Position numbers and translations under genes: made by a program. A stretch of DNA of 64,000 bases from an uncultured Methanomassiliicoccales archaeon (GTDB lineage Archaea > Thermoplasmatota > Thermoplasmata > Methanomassiliicoccales > UBA472). Shown in pieces: positions 18,331-27,589 of this stretch; the stretch's first letter is position 1; every line of letters begins with the position of its first letter. Under the pieces are notes generated by a model. It was not told the origin of the DNA. It searched no databases and saw nothing but the letters and a program-made list of their open reading frames with translations. The stretch lies in contig OW818644.1 of the NCBI GenBank assembly GCA_942492955.1, forward strand, positions 770,327 to 834,326. The letters are read 5' to 3'.

Positions 18331-21300
18331 CTATGGTTGGCCCTTTGACACCCTGATCTCTCTATAGCGGTTCACAACCACGTATATGACGATGCATGAC
18401 AGGACGGTCAAGGCGATCGCTCGCCCCCAATCGAATTGTTCCTGCAGACGGAACCTGATCTCCAAATGCACCGGGCCGGTCTGATTTATCCAGAACCCGT
18501 TCATTGCAGAGTAGGAGTGTATGGGCTTGATTTCCTGGCCGTTAGCATAGAGGACCCAATTACTGTTGAAAGGCATTGAAAGGCTGACCAGGGAGGGCGA
18601 GGCTAAATACACGTCGGCTGAGAACGCGACGTCCGATCCAGTGATATTTGAGACCTTGTTCAAGTCCTTGACATCGAAGATGCTCTGATGGCCCTCATTT
18701 GAGTAGACGTAGACACCTCTGACGGTCGACAAGCTCGTCGCGTAAATTCTCAGAATATGCTGTCCTTGGTTCAGATAGAGGGAGGCGTAGTAGTTTCCAT
18801 CATCGCCTAGTGTCAAATGACGAATGACACCGTCAACCGTCAGTATCAGCCCTTCACCCCCATTCAGCATGATTCGGTAGGAATCGTTCCTTAGCAGGTT
18901 TAAGTCGAGGGACGCGCTCCTCCCTCTCTTCAGAACAAGTTCGCTCTGATTGTTCCGCAGGTTCTCCGAGCTGGACAGTGCCTCGCTATCGAAGTAGTGG
19001 ACAAGAGGAACGTCCGCCAGCGTCTGATATGCCTGTTGGATCTGACTATCATTCATGAGCAATATGGAATCGATGTAATTCGCCGGCAGACTGCTCGTAA
19101 TATTGATCGTACTTGACCCATCGATCGGTCCCAGGTCTACCCATTTCATGTAGTGCTCGGTCATATTGGTATTTAATGTTGCGAACTCCACACCATTATT
19201 TGAAAAACTGATCTCTCCCCCTTTGGGCCAATATAATACCTTGACCATCAGATGGACATCGCCAGTCGACTGGAGTGGGACTGACAGTGTGCTATTAGAG
19301 AGAGTAAATGCGCCATGATGGGTCGTTTCCGCGAAGGTCGCATCGAACCAGAACCACTTCTTTGCATCTATCCACGTTGTAGTTGCACTTGCACCGGATG
19401 TCAGCAGACCAGGCTCGATGATCTTCCCCTCCACGAGTGAAAGGGCATCCATCGGATCATCGTTCGTGAAATAGACGCCTACCTGTTCTTTTCCTTCCAG
19501 AGGAGCGGTTACGTATCCGACGCTGGTCAGATTGATCAGATCGCCAAGCGGGAACAATGACGAGAGATCCGCGCTCCCGTGGACCAAGATGGAGGACGCG
19601 ATGATCATGTCTCCAGATTTGTTATTCAGATATGTCGTGAAGGTGGAACCACGATCGACCTCGTACAAATCCTCCTGATTGGAGATAATCTCCGTCATGT
19701 TCTTTTCATTCCATTTGGCCAATACCTCCGGGTAGCTAGTGGCGCTCTGGTAATACAGGTATCGAGAATGAAAATCATCCCTAACGACGACATATTTGAA
19801 TCCGAACGGGGCCAGAACACTGCCGATGTTGGTTGTCGCATTCTTGGTCAATTCGGTTCCTAGGAAAGCGCTCAGCTCACCATAGGGAGACCCATAGGAG
19901 GGTTCGACTGGCAGCGTAGGTTTCGGAGAAAGCTGAAGAAACGGATCCACACCCGCATACTTTAGGTCAGCGTAGTTCACCGGGGACATGAAAGGGTACC
20001 ATAAAATGCGATATTCTCCGGGGTCGTTATCGAACCCGGCCACCGTCTTGACATAATCGGAATTCAAATTGTATGTTTGGACATAACCATAGAAATTCCC
20101 GGCAATGAGAGGATACCCTGCCGATATGATGAATAGGCTGGCAATAATGACAGCAGGTATGGCGGTCATAATCTCATGCCTAATACCTTTCTCTGGCCAG
20201 CGCAATCTTACCCAAGTTGTCAAGTCCTGCAAGAAGTAGGTCGTCAGAATGACAGCTGGGAATGCCACCAAGAAGATGATGTGCCAGAGTTCTCTGAATA
20301 TGAACAATGGCGTGTATTTGAACAGGAAAATGAAGATTTCGGGCGCAGGGTCGCTCGTGCCCTTGGAAAGGAAGATTCCGATTATCATAACGGCCGCTAA
20401 GGCTATTGTGATGCGGTTCCTACGGAAATATAGGGATGAGATACTGGCAAGCGTTATTATTATGGCCAAATATGCGATGATGATCGGAATTGTGCCAGCA
20501 ATTTCCATCTGCTGATAGCTGTATGATTGGCTTACATACCCCATTAGCCTCATGCTATCCAGCAACGAGGAGGAGTGGGTTATCTCGTGATAGTAAAGAA
20601 GATTCTCGGGGGCGAAATTCGATAAAGAAGCTTGGCTCTGAGATAAGGGCAGAACCCAAGGTAATTGGAACGTGAAGGCGACAAGAAGTATCACAGCGAA
20701 TACTTTGAAATTGGTCCTTAATTTTCCGACATCGGCTATCATGATGACGAACAATAAGAAGGCACCCATGACGATGAACTGAAGCTGTGTGGCCATCAGC
20801 GCAAGTATCACACCCGCGATCAGGGCCTTTCTAAACTGGATACCTTTCTTTTCAGCCCTCGAAGCCTCGAGATAATAAACAATGAGCAAAGGGGCAATGG
20901 CATATGCCAGCAAATAGTATCCATGACCTGCTATCGATCGTGTCCAAATGATGGGCGTAAAGATGTAAAGGATTCCCATTACGATTCTAAAAGGGTATCT
21001 TATCCCCAAGGACTCTCCAAGGCGGTACATGCTCCATCCGCTCAAGGAAATGAATAGGAAGAGCAGACCTTTGGTGACGATCTCGCCGCCTAGGCCAGAG
21101 AATGGTATTAGTAACAACCGAAAGAACCAGTCCGATGGATATAGCTTATATCCACCATCAGGGCTGAAAATATAGTTACCGTCGTTAGCATAGCTTGAGA
21201 CCATGTCGGGTAACGGGCCGAGGAACCAATCGTGATAAAGACCAATGGTTCCGGGACTGAACAAAATTCCTCTTAAAATAAATAATGCCGCTAAAATGAA

Positions 21301-21471
21301 TACGACAGGAGGCAGAACCCGAAGAACTACATCAAGCCTGGCGGCACCGATTTTGTTGCGAATGACCTCGGATATTGAGCCTTCCTTCATTGATTTGCTA
21401 TTACATCTCAAAAGTAAATCTCGAAGCAAATCCAGTTCCCTTCGCAACCAATTAGTCTGAGAATGGGTCAA
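18331..21471 (-). CDS. very large polytopic membrane protein, candidate GT-C-fold glycosyltransferase/polymerase
   Basis: 1046 aa. The first ~470 aa hold many TM helices. A large non-membrane domain with many N-x-S/T sequons follows, and then a final TM helix AIALTVLSCIVIYVVV. TTG start, TAG stop. The functional call rests only on architecture and context. Confidence 0.6.
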   Translation of the reverse strand: MTHSQTNWLRRELDLLRDLLLRCNSKSMKEGSISEVIRNKIGAARLDVVLRVLPPVVFILAALFILRGILFSPGTIGLYHDWFLGPLPDMVSSYANDGNYIFSPDGGYKLYPSDWFFRLLLIPFSGLGGEIVTKGLLFLFISLSGWSMYRLGESLGIRYPFRIVMGILYIFTPIIWTRSIAGHGYYLLAYAIAPLLIVYYLEASRAEKKGIQFRKALIAGVILALMATQLQFIVMGAFLLFVIMIADVGKLRTNFKVFAVILLVAFTFQLPWVLPLSQSQASLSNFAPENLLYYHEITHSSSLLDSMRLMGYVSQSYSYQQMEIAGTIPIIIAYLAIIITLASISSLYFRRNRITIALAAVMIIGIFLSKGTSDPAPEIFIFLFKYTPLFIFRELWHIIFLVAFPAVILTTYFLQDLTTWVRLRWPEKGIRHEIMTAIPAVIIASLFIISAGYPLIAGNFYGYVQTYNLNSDYVKTVAGFDNDPGEYRILWYPFMSPVNYADLKYAGVDPFLQLSPKPTLPVEPSYGSPYGELSAFLGTELTKNATTNIGSVLAPFGFKYVVVRDDFHSRYLYYQSATSYPEVLAKWNEKNMTEIISNQEDLYEVDRGSTFTTYLNNKSGDMIIASSILVHGSADLSSLFPLGDLINLTSVGYVTAPLEGKEQVGVYFTNDDPMDALSLVEGKIIEPGLLTSGASATTTWIDAKKWFWFDATFAETTHHGAFTLSNSTLSVPLQSTGDVHLMVKVLYWPKGGEISFSNNGVEFATLNTNMTEHYMKWVDLGPIDGSSTINITSSLPANYIDSILLMNDSQIQQAYQTLADVPLVHYFDSEALSSSENLRNNQSELVLKRGRSASLDLNLLRNDSYRIMLNGGEGLILTVDGVIRHLTLGDDGNYYASLYLNQGQHILRIYATSLSTVRGVYVYSNEGHQSIFDVKDLNKVSNITGSDVAFSADVYLASPSLVSLSMPFNSNWVLYANGQEIKPIHSYSAMNGFWINQTGPVHLEIRFRLQEQFDWGRAIALTVLSCIVIYVVVNRYREIRVSKGQP

Positions 21472-21702
21472 TACTAATAAAATGTTTCTGGGTGAATTCG
21501 ACCTATCTTATTTTATGTCCAGCCTTCGTGCCGGCTATCAAGGCTGCGTTGCTCTGAGGCCTACACAGGAACCACATATTTCGTACGCGGGTGACGTGTT
21601 TAAGAATAACTTGCTTCATATCCTGAGAACATCTGGATTATCTGTTTCAATAAAATTAAACACCCGAACGGCTCAAATAGTCATTCATCCGTGTATTTTT
21701 CA

Positions 21703-22437
21703 ATGAGATTAAGGCGAGGAATGATGGACATAGAAAAGTATTCCGAACATGTCCAATTCTATACTGGTGATATCCCTCCCACTCTCAGGGAAGTAATGGA
21801 AGAGCATCGGTGGAGAACATTCCTGGATCTAGGTTGTGGAGATGGTTCCCTGTTGTATGCCATCGAAAGTCATGGATTATTCTCAGGGAAAGAAGTCTAT
21901 GCGGTCGACCTCTCGATGAAACACATTGCCAGGACCAAGAGGATAAACGAACGGTTCACCTGCTATGTTGACGATGCTTGTAAATTATCTAATATTAAAG
22001 ATAATAGCATCGATCTGTTAACCTCAAATCAGGTCATAGAACATGTTCCTAGCGAAGATGGTATGTTAAAAGAAATATTCAGGGTTCTAAGGAATGATGG
22101 AGTTGTATATTTATCCACAGTCTTTAAGAAAAAATACGCCTGGTACTTCCATCGATGCAATGATAAATGGACACTTGATCCAACACACGTTAGGGAATAT
22201 ACTGACGACACGCAATTATTTGATAATATAGAAAAGAATGGATTTGAGATCATCAGATCAGACAAGAACCGGTTAAAATATCCGCTATTTCATTCAGCCC
22301 TCAGACTTATGAGATATGACTATCGCCTAAAGAATGCGTCACCAATCGTTTCCAGGCTGGAGGTACCGATATTTGGTTACTATATTTGGGATATGGTCCT
22401 AAGAAAGAAATCAGATATCCCGGACCTTGACGGTTGA
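21703..22437 (+). CDS. class I SAM-dependent methyltransferase
   Basis: SAM motif FLDLGCGDGSLLYAI and post-I/II motifs IDLLTSNQVIEHV. ATG at 21703 was verified. The ORF-track GTG is at 21691. Confidence 0.8.
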   Translation: MRLRRGMMDIEKYSEHVQFYTGDIPPTLREVMEEHRWRTFLDLGCGDGSLLYAIESHGLFSGKEVYAVDLSMKHIARTKRINERFTCYVDDACKLSNIKDNSIDLLTSNQVIEHVPSEDGMLKEIFRVLRNDGVVYLSTVFKKKYAWYFHRCNDKWTLDPTHVREYTDDTQLFDNIEKNGFEIIRSDKNRLKYPLFHSALRLMRYDYRLKNASPIVSRLEVPIFGYYIWDMVLRKKSDIPDLDG

Positions 22438-22663
22438 TCTGTAGGCGATCTTCCATATTTGGAGAGTTACGGGCGATCTAGGACTTGTGGACCTTCCAAA
22501 GCAATTCTAGTCTTATATTGCCATTCAATAGATCAAGGGTTTAAGGCATCCTCTGGTCAGAACATCAAATTCTTGATGATGCTCATGGGTCGAATTGGGG
22601 AATTTGTTTCGTTGAGTGTCGATTTCAGATGTATCATGAAGCTTTCAGATTCGCAACCCAGTC

Positions 22664-23749
22664 CTAGATAGAGATATATTTTTCGAATTCTTGGACACTT
22701 CTATCCCAGTTATATTGGGCTGCGTCCTCTAAAGCAGCCTTGCTCCTTTGTTCCAGGATATTTCTATCGGAAAATATCTCCACTATCCCTCTTGCCATTG
22801 CGACGGGATTCGGATCACAGAGCCATCCGGTCGTTCCCTCCTTTATGGAGTCCTTCAAGCCCGGCACGCGGTATCCTAGAGCCGGCGTTCCCATTGCGTT
22901 GGCCTCGGTTACGACCAGCCCCCAGCCTTCCCTTACTCCCGGGACCAAAAGGAGATTGGCCTTCGACACCAACTCAGATTTCTTGGCCAATGGTAGCCTT
23001 CCATAGAAGATGGCTCCCTCGATCTTCTTTTCCTCTAGCTTACTTTTTAGATAACCGTCCCCAATCATCCACAGACGCAGTCCCGGAACCTCTTCCCGCG
23101 CCAGACGGTATGCCTCCAGGACATGATCGGGGAGCTTCGCCTTCTTGAAACGTCCGACAAATATCAGTGTAGGGGTCTCTTCCTTCTTGGCCAGCTCAGG
23201 CAATGGTTCGAAATCATAGCCCATGTGTATCATGCTGATGTTCTTGAAACCAAGAGCCAACAAATCTGATTTGGTTGAGTCCGAGATGGTTATTGTGGGT
23301 ACGTCCAGATACCGGCGCAGCCAGCGATCCTCAAGGAACTTGTTGCCGATGTGGCTGATCAAGAAAGGCGTTTCATAGTACCAGAATTCACGGGCCAGCT
23401 GATGGATCAGGGCAAAAACCTTTTCACCACGGTTGACGAAGCGCGGGGCATTGAACGGAATCGTGTTTATCTCATCGATGACGACATCAAAGCGAGTGCT
23501 GCTCTTCTTATACCAACACTTGGCCTTCCAATAGACCGTGTACTTATTTCCCACTCGAATGAACTTCACACCATCAATGGTCTCTTCTGAAGCCCCGTTC
23601 AGGAAACCTGAGGATACCTGGGTGACTTCATGTCCCATCTTGACGAGCCTCTTCATTATCTGATGGGTAAGTTGTTCAGCCCCACCAGCGTCCGGATTCT
23701 TCGGATCTCTCCAATTAAAAACCAATATGTTGATTTCCGCACTCCCCAA
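22664..23749 (-). CDS. family 4 (group 1) glycosyltransferase
   Basis: NILVFNWRDPKNPDAGGAEQ and the C-terminal PGVREGWGLVVTEANAMGTPAL. TTG start, TAG stop. Confidence 0.85.
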   Translation of the reverse strand: MGSAEINILVFNWRDPKNPDAGGAEQLTHQIMKRLVKMGHEVTQVSSGFLNGASEETIDGVKFIRVGNKYTVYWKAKCWYKKSSTRFDVVIDEINTIPFNAPRFVNRGEKVFALIHQLAREFWYYETPFLISHIGNKFLEDRWLRRYLDVPTITISDSTKSDLLALGFKNISMIHMGYDFEPLPELAKKEETPTLIFVGRFKKAKLPDHVLEAYRLAREEVPGLRLWMIGDGYLKSKLEEKKIEGAIFYGRLPLAKKSELVSKANLLLVPGVREGWGLVVTEANAMGTPALGYRVPGLKDSIKEGTTGWLCDPNPVAMARGIVEIFSDRNILEQRSKAALEDAAQYNWDRSVQEFEKYISI

Positions 23750-24048
23750 GATGTCAGGTTGGGATGGAAATCAATCATATTAACGTTATTATGGCTGGTT
23801 GTGATTCATGCTCAACATGGACACCTCGAAGCCTATCCCTGGACACCGGATGTTTGGATAAAAGGTCCCCAAGGGTCGAGATCAAGCTACCTTCAATGAT
23901 CGTTTTGAGAATGGCAGTTGAATCGTTTCGAAATATCAGGACAAAGAGAATAATTAATAACATATTTCCATTACTAAGCTGACCCCCCACATAGTCAGAC
24001 AACTTAAGGCGGTGTCGTCATCAGGATGCAATAACTGGAAAAAGAAAC

Positions 24049-25008
24049 ATGAGAACCGCAGTCATCACGGGAATCACTGGCCAAGACGGGGCATACCTAA
24101 GTAAGCTTCTCCTCGACAAGGGATACAAGGTTGTTGGCATCATAAGCAAGGACAGACGCAGCTCCACCAAGAACCTTGATCACCTTGGCATCACAGGGAA
24201 GATCGGATTTATCGAATGTGATCTCTTGGTCAAGGATCAGGTCAAGAATGTGCTCATCAGTCAGAAGCCCGATGATGTCTATAATCTTGCGGCCCAGAGT
24301 TCAGTGGGAAGTTCGTTCTCCAATCCATTTGATACTATCCGTTTCAATTCAACTTCCGTTCTGAATCTCATAGAAGGTATCAGGGGGATCGGAGAGCCGA
24401 CCAAGTTTTTTCAGGCATCGAGTAGTGAGATGTTTGGCAGGGTTAGCCAAATGCCCATTACCGAGACCACGCCCATGAATCCAGTGAGCCCATATGGAGT
24501 GTCCAAGGCTTCGAGTCACTGGATAACGGTCAACTACCGTGAGAGTTATGGTCTCTTCGCATGCTGTGGCATATTATTCAACCATGAATCCTACCTGAGG
24601 AGTCCCAATTTCTTCGTCAAGAAGTTGATCATGGAATCGCTTAAGATCAGCAGAACTGGCAAAGGAGTCGTCAAGTTAGGTAATTTGGATATCAGGAGAG
24701 ACTTCGGCTATGGTCCTCACTATGTTGAGGCCATGTGGAAGATGATGCAGCTAGACGAGCCAGACGATTTCATCGTATGCTCGGGAAAGTCTATAGCCCT
24801 CTCTGATATCGTCGGCTATGTCCTCGACCGTGTGGGTCTCAATTGGGACAGCGTAACATATGACAAGGCGCTCAAAAGACCAACTGAGATGGATGATATC
24901 TATGGCGATAGCTCCAAAGCGAGGCGTGTCCTCGGTTGGGACTATGCACTTGATTTCTATAAGGTCTTGGACATCCTGATTGAAGAGGAGAGATCTTCAT
25001 CCCAGTGA
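24049..25008 (+). CDS. GDP-mannose 4,6-dehydratase family protein (short paralog)
   Basis: [36 protein letters not shown] and catalytic SPYGVSK (YxxxK) match GMD-type extended SDRs. Confidence 0.85.
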   Translation: MRTAVITGITGQDGAYLSKLLLDKGYKVVGIISKDRRSSTKNLDHLGITGKIGFIECDLLVKDQVKNVLISQKPDDVYNLAAQSSVGSSFSNPFDTIRFNSTSVLNLIEGIRGIGEPTKFFQASSSEMFGRVSQMPITETTPMNPVSPYGVSKASSHWITVNYRESYGLFACCGILFNHESYLRSPNFFVKKLIMESLKISRTGKGVVKLGNLDIRRDFGYGPHYVEAMWKMMQLDEPDDFIVCSGKSIALSDIVGYVLDRVGLNWDSVTYDKALKRPTEMDDIYGDSSKARRVLGWDYALDFYKVLDILIEEERSSSQ

Positions 25009-25079
25009 ATTTCGATCATGATTTGGAAATTTGCATCGATAGAGTCTAACTCACGTATCCATTTCTTGACATGAACGTA

Positions 25080-25121
25080 TTTTTTAAACTTGTGGCAAGG
25101 AGTTCCAATAGGTTAAAAAAA
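25080..25121. terminator. bidirectional oligo-T terminator candidates between convergent GMD paralogs
   Basis: A T6 run at 25080-25085 serves the plus-strand gene. An A7 run at 25115-25121 reads as T7 on the minus strand for gmd. Confidence 0.35.
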
Positions 25122-25206
25122 GCGACTAACCCCACATTTCTGGGCAATGCTATCGATGACCACCTAGAAATTGTGGATTAGTACTTCTTCCCGATCAAGA
25201 AAAGTA

Positions 25207-26256
25207 TCAATCCACTTTCCACCAGCGATCTGGGAATAGTATCTTTATTGCCCTATCACCCTGTCCGACTGGTTCTAGTCCGGCCGAGCGCATGTCGGAG
25301 TCTACCATGATCTTGATCAGGTCTTCGAACCTCACCTTTGGTTTCCAATCGAGCTTCTGTTCTGATAACGATATGTCCGCTCGGAGAGCTTCTACCTCGG
25401 TCGGACGGTAATATCGTGGGTCAGTACACAAGTGGTCTTCCACCTTCAATCCAGCATATTCGAATGCCAAATTGACGAATTCTTGGACAGTATGGGTTTC
25501 GCCAGTTCCTAGAACGTAGTCACCTGGAGAGTCCATAACCATCATTTTCCACATGCCTTCAACATACTCGGGGGCGAATCCCCAATCCCTCTTGGCATCC
25601 GTATTCCCCAAATACAATTTGTTCTGTTTCTTGGACAAAATAGCCGCGATCGCCCGGGTGATCTTTCTTGTGACGAATGTCTCACCCCTCCTGGGAGATT
25701 CGTGATTGAAAAGGATGCCGTTGCAGGCAAACATGTTGTATCCTTCGCGATAGTTACGAGTCATCCAGTAGGAGTACAATTTGGCACATGCATATGGACT
25801 CCTGGGTTCGAACGGGGTTGTCTCGCTCTGAGGCGGTTTAGCTGCTCCAAACATCTCGCTGCTGGACGCCTGATAGAAGCGGGCCTTTGATTTGAATCTT
25901 CGAATAGCTTCGAGGATGCGTATGGTTCCAAGGCCATCGATGTTGGAGGTATATTCAGGGATGTCGAAAGAAACACGTACATGGCTCTGTGCTCCAAGAT
26001 TGTATACCTCATCGGGCTTGATATCGAAGATGATGTTGCCGATCATTTCGGAATCTGCCATGTCGCCGTAATGGAGCGTCAGGCTCTGGTTATCATACTG
26101 TGAGCCCTGATGAATATGGTTTATCCTACCGGTGTTGAATGTGCTTGCACGCCTAATTATTCCGTGGACTTCATATCCTTTCGAGAGAAGCAATTCGGCC
26201 AGGTATGATCCGTCCTGACCGGTTATTCCGGTAATTAGAGCTTTCTTTGTCTCCAT
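25207..26256 (-). CDS. gmd: GDP-mannose 4,6-dehydratase
   Basis: [64 protein letters not shown] and [17 protein letters not shown] are classic Gmd motifs. ATG at 26256 was verified. The ORF track extends to 26337. Confidence 0.9.
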   Translation of the reverse strand: METKKALITGITGQDGSYLAELLLSKGYEVHGIIRRASTFNTGRINHIHQGSQYDNQSLTLHYGDMADSEMIGNIIFDIKPDEVYNLGAQSHVRVSFDIPEYTSNIDGLGTIRILEAIRRFKSKARFYQASSSEMFGAAKPPQSETTPFEPRSPYACAKLYSYWMTRNYREGYNMFACNGILFNHESPRRGETFVTRKITRAIAAILSKKQNKLYLGNTDAKRDWGFAPEYVEGMWKMMVMDSPGDYVLGTGETHTVQEFVNLAFEYAGLKVEDHLCTDPRYYRPTEVEALRADISLSEQKLDWKPKVRFEDLIKIMVDSDMRSAGLEPVGQGDRAIKILFPDRWWKVD

Positions 26257-26752
26257 GATATCCATCCCCGAGGTAGCTGTTGAGCGCAGAATGAGTATCT
26301 CAAATATAAACCCTGACCCATAGGGCTCCTTCAGCAATATTTAGAGATATGACTTGATATTTTAATTAGCTGACTGATCGATTTGAACGAAGATATGGAT
26401 AAAGTTCTGCAGGTCGCTGAAAATTCGTATGTTCTGGCTTACTACTAGGTCTATGGCAGAATTTTAAAACATTAACCTGGACCGTGTTTTCACACGAAGC
26501 AGCGTGCCCAATGATGCCCAATATTTATAGATTTGAAGGAGACTGGATTAAACGTAGATCTCATGAAAAACTCTTAATCAATGAATAATACCCCAATATT
26601 AAAATAGCATTAAGATAAACCCTGCATTGTTTGCGAATAACATATTTATGATACTGAACCATCATTAATGCAATCTAAAAAATGGTTCGGAATTATAATA
26701 TATTCAGTTGGTTTATCCGCAGATATCCCGAATACGAATATGGGAAATCACT

Positions 26753-27589
26753 ATGAAGGAATCGATGGGAGTTTCGTTAGTTTCATATAAAAAGAGCATT
26801 TCCGGGGCGATGATTTCTGTCATCATGCCAGCCTTCAACGAGGGACAACGGATTAGTTCAAATTTGAATGATGCATTAAAAACCCTTAGTGGGCTAGGGC
26901 ATCCGTTCGAAATCATTCTCGTTAATGACGGAAGCACAGACGACACAGAAAGCCAGGTGCACAAAGTCGAGCTGGAGCATCCTGAGGTCACCTTAATAAC
27001 ATATACCAAGAATGGTGGAAAGGGCAATGCCCTCAAGGAGGGCTGGAAGCATGCACATGGCGAACTGGTCACGTTCGTAGATGCCGATCTAGAGCTTCAC
27101 CCGAAACAACTAGCCCGGTTCCTTCAAGAGATGGAAGCAAAAAATGTCGATATCGTGATAGGTTCTAAACGGCATCCTGAGTCCATCATCAAATATCCTT
27201 TAAAACGCAGGATACTGTCTAAATGGTACAATATTCTGGTCCGTGCACTATTCCAGTGCGACCTTACGGACACTCAGCCTGGACTTAAACTATTCAAAAG
27301 AGAGGTCTTGGCCCAAGAGTTCCCGAAGGTGTTCGTGAAGAGGTACGCTTTCGATCTGGAGCTCTTATTGAATTCCATCAAAGATGGCTATACCATCGCG
27401 GAAGTGCCTATCGAGATCAACTTTGTCAGAGCGAACGGTGGCAGGATCAAGCTCAAGGACATAGGGCACATTTTTAAAGATACAATGGGCATCTTCTATA
27501 GGATCAAAATGACACATTATTATGATTGCCCACCAAAGAAGGATGTCACCGCTTCGATCGAGAACCTCGAAGTAAATGTAGGGAAGTAA
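26753..27589 (+). CDS. family 2 glycosyltransferase, polyprenol-phosphate glycosyltransferase (Dpm1/AglD)-like
   Basis: ISVIMPAFNEGQRI...FEIILVNDGSTDDT and VDADLELHP. ATG at 26753 was verified. The 3' end overlaps the convergent gene by 44 nt. Confidence 0.85.
   Translation: MKESMGVSLVSYKKSISGAMISVIMPAFNEGQRISSNLNDALKTLSGLGHPFEIILVNDGSTDDTESQVHKVELEHPEVTLITYTKNGGKGNALKEGWKHAHGELVTFVDADLELHPKQLARFLQEMEAKNVDIVIGSKRHPESIIKYPLKRRILSKWYNILVRALFQCDLTDTQPGLKLFKREVLAQEFPKVFVKRYAFDLELLLNSIKDGYTIAEVPIEINFVRANGGRIKLKDIGHIFKDTMGIFYRIKMTHYYDCPPKKDVTASIENLEVNVGK

Noticed and set aside
12872-22666. Possible in-frame UAG (pyrrolysine) read-through, given the methanogen-like gene content.
   Set aside because: TAG occurs as an ordinary terminator of several full-length genes (12872, 16960, 18331, 22664, 58370). 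No pair of adjacent same-frame ORFs is separated by a single TAG. No Pyl-dependent methyltransferase genes are present.
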